A DNA stretch of 64,000 bases, from positions 352,001-416,000 of the forward strand of contig CBDDCK010000005.1 of the NCBI GenBank assembly GCA_965225855.1, written 5' to 3'. The position numbers and the translations under genes are program-made. Positions 19,468 through 30,536 of this stretch are shown here, piece after piece. This stretch comes from Spirochaetia bacterium. GTDB lineage: Bacteria > Spirochaetota > Spirochaetia > SP-2023. The first letter of the stretch is position 1, and each line of letters begins with the position of its first letter. The notes under the pieces were generated by a model. The model was not told the DNA's origin, ran no database searches, and worked only from the letters and a program-made list of their open reading frames with translations.

Positions 19468-21771
19468 ATGAATCAAGTTTCATTATTGCAAAAATATTTT
19501 GGTTTTAGTAGTTTCCGCAGGGGCCAAAAAGAAGCGGTTCAGCACATTTTGCAAGGATCGAATACCTTGGTTATTATGCCTACTGGGGCAGGGAAATCAT
19601 TGATTTATCAGTATTCGGCCTTGGCTTTAGCCGAGCGATCGAAAGATATTGTGGCTGTTACATTAGTCATTTCGCCGTTAATCGCCTTAATGAAAGATCA
19701 AGTGGATAACCTACGAAGGCATGAAATCTCTGCAACTTATATCAATAGCACCTTGTCTGTTGCCGAACAACGTCAGCGCAGCAATCAGATGTTGCAAGGT
19801 TTATATTCGCTTGTATATGTTGCTCCCGAACGGTTGAGGCAAAGCTCTTTTATTGAAGCCCTTAAAAATATTGTTCTGCATTTGTTTGTCATAGATGAAG
19901 CACATTGTATTTCTAGCTGGGGGCATGATTTCCGCCCAGATTATCGACGTATTGCAGGAGTCCGCAAGGAGCTAGGCCAGCCTTTGACCATAGCTTTAAC
20001 CGCTACAGCTACAAGTTTGGTTCAAAATGACATAGTGGAGCTTTTGGGTATACAAGAGGCTCCAAGAGTTGTTACAGGTTTTAACCGACCCAATTTGAGT
20101 TTTGAAGTTTTTCATACATCTGGGACTCATTCTAAATTACAAGAAATTGCATTTTTATTGCAAGAACAATCCGAAAAAGAAAAATCCCAATTGGTGGGAG
20201 GAGCTTGTATTATTTATGTGGCAACACGTAAAGAAGCCGAAGAAGTAGCTTCTTTTATTGGGCAAAAACTATCTTTACCTTGTGCCTATTATCATGCAGG
20301 TTTAGCTGGCCAACGGCGTGAACAAATTCAAAATGCCTTTAGCAACGGCAATTTACCCATTGTCATTGCTACCAATGCTTTTGGAATGGGTATCGATCGC
20401 AAAGATGTACGCTTAGTCATACATTATAATATTCCTGGTACTCTTGAAGCTTATTATCAAGAAGCCGGCCGGGCTGGCCGTGATGGTTTGCCATCGCGGG
20501 CGATATTGTTGTATTCAGTACAAGATCGCTCCTTGCAAGAATTTTTCATTCGGCAGAACAGCTTTACTTTGCAGCAATTACATCAATTGTACCAATGTTT
20601 ACAAAATTTGCCACAAACCGAAGGTAGCCGAATTGTTGGTTTGCTAAATTTGGGTAAGCTGCTCGGTTGGGAACAACAAAAATTGCGTTTAGGCTTATCT
20701 TATTTGGAGAAAGCTGGCATATTGGAAAATACGGGATTTGCTATTACAGAAGAGATTGCTTTGCGTTTGACTCCTTTGGCGTTGGGAAATTGGGACGAAA
20801 AAGCTGCCCGAGTTAGTACCCGTCAGATAGAAGAATATAGCCAGCATCGAAAGAATCAATTGGAACAGATGGGCTATTATGCTCAAGCTGAATCTTGCCG
20901 CCGCCAAATCCTGCTTTCGTATTTTAGTGATCCTAGTGATATGGTCGATTTGAGTGCGAATCGTTGTTGTGATTATTGTTATCGCAAGGTATTACAACAA
21001 AAAAAAAATCTCGGAGAAGTCAATTCGCTAGCTGAATTGAGTCGCATTCAGCGTGCAGCTTTGATAGTTTTAGATAGCGTGCGTCTTTTGTCTAAGAAAG
21101 GTTTCAATGCTGGCCGCCAACGTATTGCACAAATGCTTTCGGGATCCCAGTCGCAAAAGATGACCGAAAATTTTCAAAATCAGCGTTATTATGGCCGCTT
21201 AAAAGAGATAGGCCAAAAGCAGATAGAAATGGCGATTGACGAACTTTTACAAAAAGGTTACTTACGGCAACGATTTTTAAAAAGTTCTTTTAATGCTGTG
21301 ATCTCGGCATCTACGGGCTTTGTTATAGAACTAGGTGAGCAGGGCAATCAAGCTTTGCAATTGCGTGAAGCAATCTGTTTACGATCTTTTGAAAAATTAT
21401 CGAATGGTAAGTTATCTAAATCGCTATCAAAAATTGGAGCAAATAAAAAAGAGGTTAGGCTTTCGACAACTTCAGAAACATTGGATTTTCTGCAACAAGG
21501 AATGACTTTGGAAAAAATTGCTGAAGTTAGAGGACTTAGCCCTAGGACAATAAGTACGCATATTAGTAGCCTGATTGAGCAAGGGTTTTTACAATTGGAA
21601 GATTATGTCAACCCCGATGTGCGCCAAACAGTGGAAAAATGCCTAAAACAATTGGTGGATAGTGGTGAGGCTATCGATCATCTCCGCCCCATAAAAGATC
21701 AATTGCCACCTGAAATTAGTTATGATGAACTCAAATTTGTATTAGGTGCGTGGAAGCGAAATGCATCGTAG
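19468..21771 (+). CDS. recQ: RecQ-family ATP-dependent DNA helicase
   Basis: MPTGAGKS, DEAHCIS.WGHDFRP, ATNAFGMGID and YYQEAGRAGRDG motifs; Zn-binding CRR...CCDYC; C-terminal HTH. Confidence 0.95.
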   Translation: MNQVSLLQKYFGFSSFRRGQKEAVQHILQGSNTLVIMPTGAGKSLIYQYSALALAERSKDIVAVTLVISPLIALMKDQVDNLRRHEISATYINSTLSVAEQRQRSNQMLQGLYSLVYVAPERLRQSSFIEALKNIVLHLFVIDEAHCISSWGHDFRPDYRRIAGVRKELGQPLTIALTATATSLVQNDIVELLGIQEAPRVVTGFNRPNLSFEVFHTSGTHSKLQEIAFLLQEQSEKEKSQLVGGACIIYVATRKEAEEVASFIGQKLSLPCAYYHAGLAGQRREQIQNAFSNGNLPIVIATNAFGMGIDRKDVRLVIHYNIPGTLEAYYQEAGRAGRDGLPSRAILLYSVQDRSLQEFFIRQNSFTLQQLHQLYQCLQNLPQTEGSRIVGLLNLGKLLGWEQQKLRLGLSYLEKAGILENTGFAITEEIALRLTPLALGNWDEKAARVSTRQIEEYSQHRKNQLEQMGYYAQAESCRRQILLSYFSDPSDMVDLSANRCCDYCYRKVLQQKKNLGEVNSLAELSRIQRAALIVLDSVRLLSKKGFNAGRQRIAQMLSGSQSQKMTENFQNQRYYGRLKEIGQKQIEMAIDELLQKGYLRQRFLKSSFNAVISASTGFVIELGEQGNQALQLREAICLRSFEKLSNGKLSKSLSKIGANKKEVRLSTTSETLDFLQQGMTLEKIAEVRGLSPRTISTHISSLIEQGFLQLEDYVNPDVRQTVEKCLKQLVDSGEAIDHLRPIKDQLPPEISYDELKFVLGAWKRNAS

Positions 21772-21919
21772 AATTGTTTTGCGAATTGTAGATTATAGCT
21801 ATATACAAGTTTTATAAAGGTTGTTAAAATGTGTGTGTTTTTAGGCAATGTTATTTGAAATTTACATATCTTAAAACTTTTGTATGTTCCTTTAATTTGG
21901 GGAGGGGAAATGAATCAGG

Positions 21920-23902
21920 ATGAGAAAATCTAAATGGTTAAGCCATATGTACAAACAGCCTTTATCTTGCAAGATTTGTCATCGTGTCTTGAGCTATATT
22001 GGTCCATTAATCTATATAATTATAGCAGTTGGACCGTGGGTTAGTCGGCATGATTTTCAATTGCCACAGTGGAGCTTGCCGGAATTACCTAGTTTGGTCA
22101 AAATACCTAAGTTATTCTTTAAAGAAAAAACTTATCAAGTAGGGTCTTTAAAATTGCGTGTCAACCCTCATATGGTAAAAGTAGGTAATATAGATGGTTT
22201 TCAATCTACAGTGATTGAATATGATGATTTTAGTTTAAGTTGGATTAGAGAAAGACCATTAGTACTAATCATAGCTGATGGAAGCCGACAAGAGCTATTG
22301 CCCATTGGTTATGAAAAAATAAAGAATGGATTTTCTCTTCAATTTTCCAAAGAATTGGAGTTACATTTTTACAATGAGGTGGACACTAACGATGTTTCGG
22401 CTGATGTTCAAAATCAGTTGGGGCAATTGTATGTAGAAATGGTTTCTATAGGAAAATTTTTATCAAAGATTAGTCAAGTGGATTTGCCTTGGAATTTAAA
22501 AAGCCTGAATCGTGCTGCAAAAGTTGGTAAATACCAAATCCAAATAGCCGAGAATAATTATTTTTCTGCGATTGATGAGCCGAAAATTTCTGAAACGAAT
22601 TATATACACATACCTTTGGCGTATTATGAATTTCTCGATCGTTTCCCTATTCGTTCTCAAGAAATTAGTCAGAATGATGAGTCAAATAATATTGTAGCCG
22701 AAAATTCTATAATTGATGATAAACAGAAAGAAATGCAGTCGGTGATTTTGCTTTGGCAGGGAAAACAAGAAATTTCTTCTGTTGAAAGTAAAGATCAAAA
22801 AGAAAGAAAATATCAGCGACTTTATCAACTTTACATGGAACGTCAATTTGAATTAATGGAATTAGCAGTTCAAACTCAAAAAATACCGGGCCCAGATTGG
22901 ATTGCGTTATATTTGGAGCTACTGCGTACTCAAAAAGATGGCAAGGAATATGAACAAATTCGCCAGCAAATGCAAGAAATTGTTCGTGAAAAAGGTTGGA
23001 GCAGTATAAATCTGGCTCCATATTTGGGGATTGCGCAACAAAATTTAAGCTCGATTATCAATATGGATTATAATCGTATTAAACAAGTTCGCAATGATTA
23101 CAGTAGAGATTCTTGGAGCTTTAACGGTGAGGCCGATTTAGCAGAATTATTGTTTCATTACGGTGATCTTCAATTATTGTTGAAGATGATCAAACGTGCT
23201 GTTACGATTGCGCAAGAAAAAGAATTAAGCGAAAAAGAACATTTTTATTTATGGGCGTTTTTGTGGCGTGCAACTAGTATTTATCGGCGTAATGGTATTA
23301 TATTAAAACAGCAAGCTAAGCGTGAATTTTATGCCTCTTTGGAGCGGATTAGTGTGTCTTGGCAGCAAGGTTTAAGCGAAGGGCTAGCACTATCTTATGT
23401 TCTCGATGTTTTGGATTTTTTGCGTAGTGAAGAATTAGACTTGGAAAAATTCAGTTATCCTATTATTACAGAGTTATTTTCTTTAATGGATAATAACGGT
23501 AACTTACCAGAAAAAATAGGGCAAAATACAGGTGAAAGAATTCCCTTTTATCGTTTTTGGCCTGTTATTGGAAAACTTTTACAAACACCTCGTAGCACTA
23601 CTATAGTTCCAGGTTTTTGGATGTGGACAGCAGGAACTGGTGATGGCTATTATAAGCTAGGAGAACCCATTGAACTGAATGTGGAAAATTTCCACCAAAG
23701 TAATAAATTAGTGTTGTTGTATGGTATTTACTTTTATCCAGAAGAAATTACTGTCGATGGTCTGAGTGTTGGCAATAATAGCAGTATTCCATTGCCTCAA
23801 CTTGGGCAACAAGCTAGCTGGTTTTACGAACCAGAAAATCGTTTACTGGCTATTGAAATGCCTGCAAATCAACAAGATATGAGTAAAATTATTATTCGTT
23901 AG
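21920..23902 (+). CDS. Hypothetical protein (N-terminal membrane anchor)
   Basis: 660-aa ORF, co-oriented with and 8 bp upstream of apt; no motif recognised. Confidence 0.7.
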   Translation: MRKSKWLSHMYKQPLSCKICHRVLSYIGPLIYIIIAVGPWVSRHDFQLPQWSLPELPSLVKIPKLFFKEKTYQVGSLKLRVNPHMVKVGNIDGFQSTVIEYDDFSLSWIRERPLVLIIADGSRQELLPIGYEKIKNGFSLQFSKELELHFYNEVDTNDVSADVQNQLGQLYVEMVSIGKFLSKISQVDLPWNLKSLNRAAKVGKYQIQIAENNYFSAIDEPKISETNYIHIPLAYYEFLDRFPIRSQEISQNDESNNIVAENSIIDDKQKEMQSVILLWQGKQEISSVESKDQKERKYQRLYQLYMERQFELMELAVQTQKIPGPDWIALYLELLRTQKDGKEYEQIRQQMQEIVREKGWSSINLAPYLGIAQQNLSSIINMDYNRIKQVRNDYSRDSWSFNGEADLAELLFHYGDLQLLLKMIKRAVTIAQEKELSEKEHFYLWAFLWRATSIYRRNGIILKQQAKREFYASLERISVSWQQGLSEGLALSYVLDVLDFLRSEELDLEKFSYPIITELFSLMDNNGNLPEKIGQNTGERIPFYRFWPVIGKLLQTPRSTTIVPGFWMWTAGTGDGYYKLGEPIELNVENFHQSNKLVLLYGIYFYPEEITVDGLSVGNNSSIPLPQLGQQASWFYEPENRLLAIEMPANQQDMSKIIIR

Positions 23903-23910
23903 GAGTTTTT

Positions 23911-24432
23911 GTGAATTTAGATGAGCATATCCGTAAAGTACCTGATTTTCCCAAAAAAGGTATTCTATACTACGATATTACAAGTGTTTTAACTAAGCCT
24001 GAAATATTGAATTGGGTTATAAAGCAAATGTCAAAATTGTATAAGGATATTCAATTCGATGCTGTTGCAGCGATTGAATCGCGTGGTTTTATTTTTGCTG
24101 CAGCTTTTGCTTTACAGGAAAAGTTGCCAATTATTTTGATTCGTAAAGCTGGTAAATTACCGGGCAGTACATTGAAGAAAGCATATGATCTTGAATATGG
24201 CAGTGCGGAAATAGAAATCCATGTTGAAGATGTCAAACAAGGAGCAGACATTTTGCTGGTAGATGACTTAATTGCTACAGGTGGAACGCTGAAAGCTGCT
24301 TATGAATTATTGAACGAAGCTGGAGCTTCGGTTTTACATGCTTTTGGTATGATAGGTCTACCATTCCTAAATTTTTCCCAGGCAGTGCCGGGCTTGCAGT
24401 TAAAGACTTTAATTGATTATAATAGTGAATAA
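23911..24432 (+). CDS. apt: Adenine phosphoribosyltransferase
   Basis: [25 protein letters not shown] and [10 protein letters not shown] motifs. Confidence 0.97.
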   Translation: MNLDEHIRKVPDFPKKGILYYDITSVLTKPEILNWVIKQMSKLYKDIQFDAVAAIESRGFIFAAAFALQEKLPIILIRKAGKLPGSTLKKAYDLEYGSAEIEIHVEDVKQGADILLVDDLIATGGTLKAAYELLNEAGASVLHAFGMIGLPFLNFSQAVPGLQLKTLIDYNSE

Positions 24433-24491
24433 CTTTTGTTAGGTTTATTATTGCCGAATATTTATCCGTAAAGATATTTAGAATACCCGCT

Positions 24492-25430
24492 ATGATTTTT
24501 GTAGGAGGCTTGCGCATGAATGAATTGAATGGGTTGCAGAGTCGGCACAGCCGATTGAATACTTGGAAACAAAATGTTGGTTTAGCTGAAATGCTTAAAG
24601 GCGGGGTGATTATGGATGTCGTTACCGCAGAACATGCCAAGATTGCCGAAGAGGCTGGTGCTGTTGCTGTGATGGCTTTGGAGCGTGTGCCTGCTGATAT
24701 TCGCAGTGCTGGTGGGGTTGCGCGAATGTCGGATCCAAAATTGATTCAAGAAATTCAGAATGCTGTATCTATTCCTGTGATGGCGAAATGTCGTATTGGG
24801 CATTTTGTTGAGGCGCAGATATTGGAAACCTTAGAGGTGGATTTTATTGATGAGAGTGAAGTTTTGACTCCGGCAGATGACATGTTTCATATTGAAAAGC
24901 ATAGTTTTGCCGTTCCTTTTGTCTGTGGCTGCCGCAATTTGGGGGAAGCTTTGCGCCGTATTGGTGAAGGTGCTGTGATGATCCGTACCAAAGGAGAGGC
25001 AGGGACTGGTGATGTGGTTGAAGCTGTTCGGCATATGCGGACTTTGCAAGGAGAAATTAGTAGAGTCTGTTATGTGCGCCAAGATGAATTGACGAGCCTT
25101 GCTCGCGATTGGGGTGTTTCTTATGAATTATTGCTTGAAGTTCGAGAATTAGGCCGCCTGCCAGTGCCAAACTTTTCAGCGGGGGGAATAGCAACGCCTG
25201 CTGATGCAGCGTTGATGATGAGTTTAGGAGCAGAATCTGTATTTGTTGGTTCGGGGATTTTCAAATCTGGGGACCCTGCAAAACGCGCCAAAGCGATTGT
25301 TGAGGCCGTAACTCATTATAAAGATTCCAAAAAATTAGTGGAACTGTCTTATGATTTAGGCGAACCGATGACGGGTATTGGTTTGGATCAATTGACTGAA
25401 AATGCTCGTCTGGCACGCAGGGGCTGGTGA
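24492..25430 (+). CDS. pdxS: Pyridoxal 5'-phosphate synthase lyase subunit PdxS
   Basis: [30 protein letters not shown] and [10 protein letters not shown] motifs; true start is probably the downstream ATG. Confidence 0.97.
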   Translation: MIFVGGLRMNELNGLQSRHSRLNTWKQNVGLAEMLKGGVIMDVVTAEHAKIAEEAGAVAVMALERVPADIRSAGGVARMSDPKLIQEIQNAVSIPVMAKCRIGHFVEAQILETLEVDFIDESEVLTPADDMFHIEKHSFAVPFVCGCRNLGEALRRIGEGAVMIRTKGEAGTGDVVEAVRHMRTLQGEISRVCYVRQDELTSLARDWGVSYELLLEVRELGRLPVPNFSAGGIATPADAALMMSLGAESVFVGSGIFKSGDPAKRAKAIVEAVTHYKDSKKLVELSYDLGEPMTGIGLDQLTENARLARRGW

Positions 25431-25464
25431 AATTTATTGAACAACTAATTATTTTGCTAGAAAT

Positions 25465-25508
25465 ATCCACTTTGATTGCGATTTTGTCGTGTTAAAGTGG
25501 ATTTTTTT
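25465..25508 (+). terminator. Putative terminator after pdxS
   Basis: ATCCACTTT...AAAGTGGAT stem followed by a T run. Confidence 0.55.
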
Positions 25509-25565
25509 ATGGCTCTTTAAGTTTTTTAGCCTCTTGTTTATAATGGTCTGCTTTTACTTTGGGGA

Positions 25566-26321
25566 ATGATTAGAGGAAGGAACATGAAAAAAAGTACGTC
25601 TTATTATATTAATTTTGCATTGTTACTTTGTGTTGGTTTAGCGTTTCTCTTTGATAGTGAAGCTTTACTTCATCAAATATTATTTAGTGTTGGGCTGTTT
25701 GGTTTATCTGGCTCGCTTACCAATTCGTTGGCGATTCATATGTTGTTTGAAAGAATCCCTTTGGTTTATGGTTCTGGTATTATTGCTTTGAATTTTGAAG
25801 AGATTAAACATGATTTAGAAGAATTGATGATTATCCAGTTTTTTAACCGAGAACAGATTGAGCGGTTTTTAGCTGAAGAACTGGGAGCGGGGGAGATAGA
25901 CTTAGCGAAACTAGGCGAGCTGATTGATTTAAATTTGTTATTTGATAAATTTAAACGAGCACTGGCAAAGAATTTTGAGGGCAACCCTTTAGCATTGATG
26001 GCTTTACCTTTGCTAGATGCGAATCGCATGAAAATCATAGAGGCTATGGCTAAGGCGATAACGGAAGAGTTGGCTAATCCTTTATTGCAAGATAAGCTAA
26101 AAGGCTTGTTGGGGCAGAGCTTGCCCCCTCATGAAACATTTGAACAACGTGTGCGCTCTTTAATTCAAGGGCGTTTAGCGGAGTTAAGTCCTTATATGGT
26201 TAAGGAAATTATCCAACATATGATGGAAAGCAAGCTAATTTGGTTGGTCATTTGGGGCGCACTAATGGGGGCTCTATTGGGGCTTTTCAGTTCAGTTCTC
26301 CGTTTTTATCTTGGTTTATAA
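25566..26321 (+). CDS. DUF445-family membrane protein
   Basis: GSLTNSLAIHMLFERIPLVYGSGII at the N-terminus and WLVIWGALMGALLG at the C-terminus. Confidence 0.8.
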   Translation: MIRGRNMKKSTSYYINFALLLCVGLAFLFDSEALLHQILFSVGLFGLSGSLTNSLAIHMLFERIPLVYGSGIIALNFEEIKHDLEELMIIQFFNREQIERFLAEELGAGEIDLAKLGELIDLNLLFDKFKRALAKNFEGNPLALMALPLLDANRMKIIEAMAKAITEELANPLLQDKLKGLLGQSLPPHETFEQRVRSLIQGRLAELSPYMVKEIIQHMMESKLIWLVIWGALMGALLGLFSSVLRFYLGL

Positions 26322-26407
26322 AAGCCTAAAGTAAGAATAGCCCCCTTTTTATAAGGCCAATGGCTGACTAGACGCCCAAAGCTTATGCTCAAACCTTGGC
26401 AGACACT

Positions 26408-26446
26408 AACAAACCCGATCGACACTGTATGGCCAAAGTTGTTTGC
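26408..26446 (+). repeat. Conserved upstream box of the lipoprotein cassettes (identical copy at 50487-50525, variant at 34650-34686)
   Basis: AACAAACCCGATCGACACTGTATGGCCAAAGTTGTTTGC read directly at the loci. Confidence 0.9.
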
Positions 26447-26582
26447 TTGAAGAGCCGCAACTATATAGTGATAAGAAACCCGACTAAATAGTGAGAAGAG
26501 ACCTAGCTAAATACCCAGAAGCCCATATAGCCCAAGCTAAAGTACCCTAACACAAAAAAAGTACCCCAAACATAAAAAAAGC

Positions 26583-26715
26583 ACAAAAAAACTTATAAAA
26601 AGCTTACAAAAAGCTTGTATGGGCCTTGACGCAACACCCCCCCTAGCAAAATGGGGCACTGTACACTAGCCCGTATGGGTTGGCTAATCTTTATCCATTT
26701 TTGGAGGTATTGCTT
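26583..26715 (+). promoter_or_regulatory. Shared promoter/leader block of lipoprotein paralogs 2-4 (copies at 34858-34980 and 51157-51278)
   Basis: AAAAAGCTT..GGCCTTGACGCAACA(C6-7)TAGCAAAATGGGG...CTAGCCCGTATGGGTTGG...GGAGGTATTGCTT-ATG is near-identical at all three loci. Confidence 0.75.
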
Positions 26716-28461
26716 ATGTATAAGCACAAACTACTTTTATTACCTGTAGCCTGGCTACTGGCCTTTATGGCCTTTGCCTGCGCCCCACCCGATGACGATG
26801 ATGCGCCATCTTCTGGGCCGACTATCAATAAGGCCATCTACGATGTTGGCACGGCTCTGTTAACCGTACAAGGTTCTAACTTAAGCCCTACAGAAGCCCA
26901 AATCCAAACCATCGTAGTAGATGGCGTAGCTTTAGATTCCTATACTGCAGATGACCCAGCCACTGGGCCAGATAGTAGCGGTCTGGCAGAAGGTAAGTAC
27001 CGTATTGCAACCGATGGCACAAAGCTTTGGCTGAAACTTAAAGATGAACATAAAGCTGCTCTTGAGGCCAAGGTGGGTAGCGATGGTCTAAAAAAAGGGT
27101 TGCTTACTAGCTCTGGTGCTTGGGCGGGTTTAAATACAGCCAAAGACTTGGTCGTTCAGAATGTACCCGGTAAGCAGTCTAAGACCGAAACCGAAGAAGA
27201 GTCGCGTAAGTTACCCGAAGCCGAACAAACCGAAGAAGTCGATGATGAATCGCCTAAGCAACCTAAAGACAAACAAGTCGAACAAGCTGAAGAAGAGTCG
27301 CCTAAGCAACCTAAAGACAAACAAGTCGAACAAGTCGAAGAGGAGTCGCCTAAAGCTGCAATTACCCATGCAACCTACCATGTTGGCACGGCGCTGTTAA
27401 CCGTACAAGGTACTTACTTAAGTGCTACAACTGCGACCCAAGCGCAAATCCAAACCATTACGGTAGATGGCTTAGCCTTAAGTTCCTATACTGCAGATGG
27501 CACAGCTACTGGGGCAGATAGTCGCAGTCTTGCAAAAGGTAAGTACCGTATTAAAAGCGATGGCACAGCACTTTGGCTTTACCTTACCGATCAACATAAA
27601 GCTACTCTGAATGGCAAGACAGGTATGGATAGCAATGGTCTAAAAAAAGGATTGCTTAGCGTTGGCACTGGTACTTGGGCGGGTTTAGATACAGCCAAAG
27701 ACTTGGACGTTAGTGGAAACCCACCCACAATTACCCGTGCAACCTACAATGCTGCTACAGGCGTGTTAGTGATTACAGGTGTCAATTTACCAAAAACAGT
27801 TGCAGGCTGGGACTTCACCAAATTGAGGTTTGTCGCAGGTGATGGTCGTACTAAGAGTCAACCATTATTACCGCACTCCGTATATGGAATTGTAAGCAAA
27901 GCCACAGGTTCTGCAGCAAGTGCAACAAGCTTAACGATTACTTTAAAGGGTAGTGAACAAACGAAAGCCAGTGATATACTGGTTAAGAATGGTGATAGTG
28001 ATGATGCTGGTGCATACAACCTGGAAGCAGCAGCAGGATTTGTAATTGGTAGTAGCGCTGAAGACACAAGCAATAACCCGATTACCGTTAGTGGGTATGT
28101 AGGTTATATAGATGAAGTATACTACTATCCTAACACAGGCGTGTTACAGATTTATGGTACCAGTTTACCGGAAACAGTTGAAGAGTGGGACTTTAGCAAA
28201 TTGACGCTTGTATCCGGTGATGGTAATAAGAGATACACATTACCCCAGCACGCAACCGCAGGTGAAAACACAGCCACAGGTTCTGCAGCAAGTACAAAAA
28301 AATTAAGGATTACTTTAAGCGGTAGTGTAAAAGCGGAAGCCGAGAAGATACTGGTTAAGGCTGGTTATAGTGATAATAATGGTGAATACAACCTGGAAGC
28401 AGCAGCAGGATTTGTAACTGGTAGTCCAGAAGACCCAACCACTAGTATATACAAGTATTAA
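26716..28461 (+). CDS. Modular surface lipoprotein, paralog 2 (A-linker-A-B-B)
   Basis: ATG 26716 after GGAGG; lipobox LAFMAFA-C-APPDDDD; modules homologous to paralog 1; charged linker with a 16-aa repeat (SPKQPKDKQVEQ.EEE). Confidence 0.88.
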   Translation: MYKHKLLLLPVAWLLAFMAFACAPPDDDDAPSSGPTINKAIYDVGTALLTVQGSNLSPTEAQIQTIVVDGVALDSYTADDPATGPDSSGLAEGKYRIATDGTKLWLKLKDEHKAALEAKVGSDGLKKGLLTSSGAWAGLNTAKDLVVQNVPGKQSKTETEEESRKLPEAEQTEEVDDESPKQPKDKQVEQAEEESPKQPKDKQVEQVEEESPKAAITHATYHVGTALLTVQGTYLSATTATQAQIQTITVDGLALSSYTADGTATGADSRSLAKGKYRIKSDGTALWLYLTDQHKATLNGKTGMDSNGLKKGLLSVGTGTWAGLDTAKDLDVSGNPPTITRATYNAATGVLVITGVNLPKTVAGWDFTKLRFVAGDGRTKSQPLLPHSVYGIVSKATGSAASATSLTITLKGSEQTKASDILVKNGDSDDAGAYNLEAAAGFVIGSSAEDTSNNPITVSGYVGYIDEVYYYPNTGVLQIYGTSLPETVEEWDFSKLTLVSGDGNKRYTLPQHATAGENTATGSAASTKKLRITLSGSVKAEAEKILVKAGYSDNNGEYNLEAAAGFVTGSPEDPTTSIYKY

Positions 28462-28514
28462 ATTGGTAAGTAGGTTTTGGTTGTTGCTGTAAGCAACACT
28501 TACATTTGAAAATT

Positions 28515-28549
28515 GCAACCTTGGTAAGTTTTTTAGCAAGGTTGCTTTT
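28515..28549 (+). terminator. Rho-independent terminator in the shared 3' block (copies at about 36778-36813 and 53438-53472)
   Basis: GCAACCTTG / CAAGGTTGC stem plus TTTT; a second hairpin GCCTTGGTAT / ATACCAAGGC follows at 28560-28586. Confidence 0.7.
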
Positions 28550-28618
28550 ACCAATTATAGCCTTGGTATGGAGAAAATACCAAGGCCAAAACCACCAAGC
28601 TAAAACGTTGGCATAAAA

Positions 28619-29061
28619 ATTAAGAGAGTCTCTTAATGCCCAACAACAGAATTTCTTAATGCATAAAAAGAGAGTTTCTTAATACCCAATAAGAGAGTTT
28701 CTTAATGCATAACAACAGAGTTTCTTAATACACAACAACAGAGTTTCTTAATACACAACAACAGAGTTTCTTAATACACAACAACAGAGTTTCTTAATAC
28801 ACAACAACAGAGTTTCTTAATACACAACAACAGAGTTTCTTAATACACAACAACAGAGTTTCTTAATACACAACAACAGAGTTTCTTAATACACAATAAG
28901 AGAGTTTCTTAATACACAATAAGAGAGTTTCTTAATACACAACAACAGAGTTTCTTAATACACAACAACAGAGTTTCTTAATACACAACAACAGAGTTTC
29001 TTAATACACAACAACAGAGTTTCTTAATACCCAATAAGAGAGTTTCTTAATACACAACAAG
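28619..29061. repeat. 23-bp tandem array, 19 units, consensus AGAGTTTCTTAATACACAACAAC
   Basis: TCTTAAT recurs every 23 bp from 28631 to 29045; the array opens with the palindrome ATTAAGAGA-G-TCTCTTAAT. Confidence 0.97.
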
Positions 29062-29272
29062 AATTTTTTGTAACAAGATAAACTTTGGCCAAGCCTTGCT
29101 TTCCTTGCTTTCCTTTTTGGTTGTTTGGTTTTGCAATGTCAACAACGCACTTTAACGAATACTGTTTACAGCGGTGCGAGTTAGATAGGACGCAGAATTT
29201 TTAACAAAATTTGATAGCAATGTTAGAATTCTATACTTGAATATTTACAGTCAAACTATACAATCCAGCACC

Positions 29273-29476
29273 ATGAAAGAAAAATCAATGCCCATAAAAA
29301 AAATCTTGGATTACCAAGAAAATATATACGAGTTGACAAATGCTGTAATCAAGCGTTCTAAACAAGTAACCCAAGCTGGTTGTGAAGAATTAGAAATGTA
29401 TCAAAACAAACCTATTTCTTTATCTATGGACGAAATATTGAGCAATAAAGTTTTGTTTTTCAATAAATTGAACTAG
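29273..29476 (+). CDS. rpoZ: Probable RNA polymerase omega subunit (short spirochete type)
   Basis: MPIKKILDYQENIYELTNAVIKRSKQV...KPISLSMDEIL pattern; directly upstream of miaA. Confidence 0.7.
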   Translation: MKEKSMPIKKILDYQENIYELTNAVIKRSKQVTQAGCEELEMYQNKPISLSMDEILSNKVLFFNKLN

Positions 29477-29517
29477 AGAGCATATCATTTGTGCAGATTA
29501 TCCATTAAACAGCAGAG

Positions 29518-30504
29518 ATGGCTTGTGAATTGACCCCTCAAAAAGTGGTTATTGTAACAGGCCCCACCGCCATAGGTAAAACAGCCACTCTACAAAAAAT
29601 ACAGCAATATATCCAAAACCAGTTTGCCCAACATAACAGCAATATACATGGGATTGAAATTATTAATTGTGATTCGATTCAAGTATATCAATATTTAGAC
29701 ATTGGTAGTGCAAAGCCTTCACCTCAATTGCGTTCAGAATTACCTCACCATCTAATTGATATTCTGAATCCTAAAGAAAAATTTACCGCTGGGGACTTTG
29801 TGCGCCAATGCAACAAGATAATTCCCCAAATTGCTGCACGCCAGAATATCCCCATTATTTCCGGTGGCAATGTCTTTTATCTAAAAAACTTTCTCTACGG
29901 GCTATCCAATATTCCAGCTATTTCAAACGTATTCCGCGCCGGGTTGGAACAAATGAGCCTAAAAGAGCTAGGCGAGAAACTAAAAGAATTGGATTTCCAA
30001 AGTTGGCAGCGTATAGCTCCAAATGATAGGCAACGATTGATTCGTGCTTGTGAAGTTAGTTTGGAAACTGGAAGGTCATTTTCCAGCTACAAAACGAATA
30101 ATGAAATTCGCAAGGAATATCAGCCGTTAATCATCAATCTATCTTTGCAAAATAATCTACAATGGGAAGACCTTTATCAGCACATTAATTTGCGTGTAGA
30201 AAATATGTTTTTAGCGGGCCTTGAGCAAGAAATTGAAATGCTAAAACAGATGGGCTTTAATGGACAAGAACATGGGCTACAAGGAATTGGCTACCGAGAA
30301 TTCTTTGAGAAAAACAACCAAGAAAAACAGCCAGACACCCCAGAAGAAAGCAAAAAGCAATTGATAGAGAAAATCCAGCAAAACAGCAGAAACTACGCAA
30401 AAAGGCAAAAAACATTCCTCAAACAATTGCCTAATTGCGAATATTTTAATACCAGTGCTGCAATATTGATAAGTAAAAGGATATTAGAATTCTATATGAT
30501 GTAA
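29518..30504 (+). CDS. miaA: tRNA dimethylallyltransferase
   Basis: GPTAIGKT, DSIQVY..LDIGSAKP, PHHLID, GIGYREF and RNYAKRQKT motifs. Confidence 0.96.
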   Translation: MACELTPQKVVIVTGPTAIGKTATLQKIQQYIQNQFAQHNSNIHGIEIINCDSIQVYQYLDIGSAKPSPQLRSELPHHLIDILNPKEKFTAGDFVRQCNKIIPQIAARQNIPIISGGNVFYLKNFLYGLSNIPAISNVFRAGLEQMSLKELGEKLKELDFQSWQRIAPNDRQRLIRACEVSLETGRSFSSYKTNNEIRKEYQPLIINLSLQNNLQWEDLYQHINLRVENMFLAGLEQEIEMLKQMGFNGQEHGLQGIGYREFFEKNNQEKQPDTPEESKKQLIEKIQQNSRNYAKRQKTFLKQLPNCEYFNTSAAILISKRILEFYMM

Positions 30505-30536
30505 ACAGAAGCTAACTTCATAAAATACAAAATACA

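Noticed and set aside
28619..29061. CRISPR array
   Set aside because: Units are head-to-tail 23-mers with no unique spacers, and no cas genes are present in the window.
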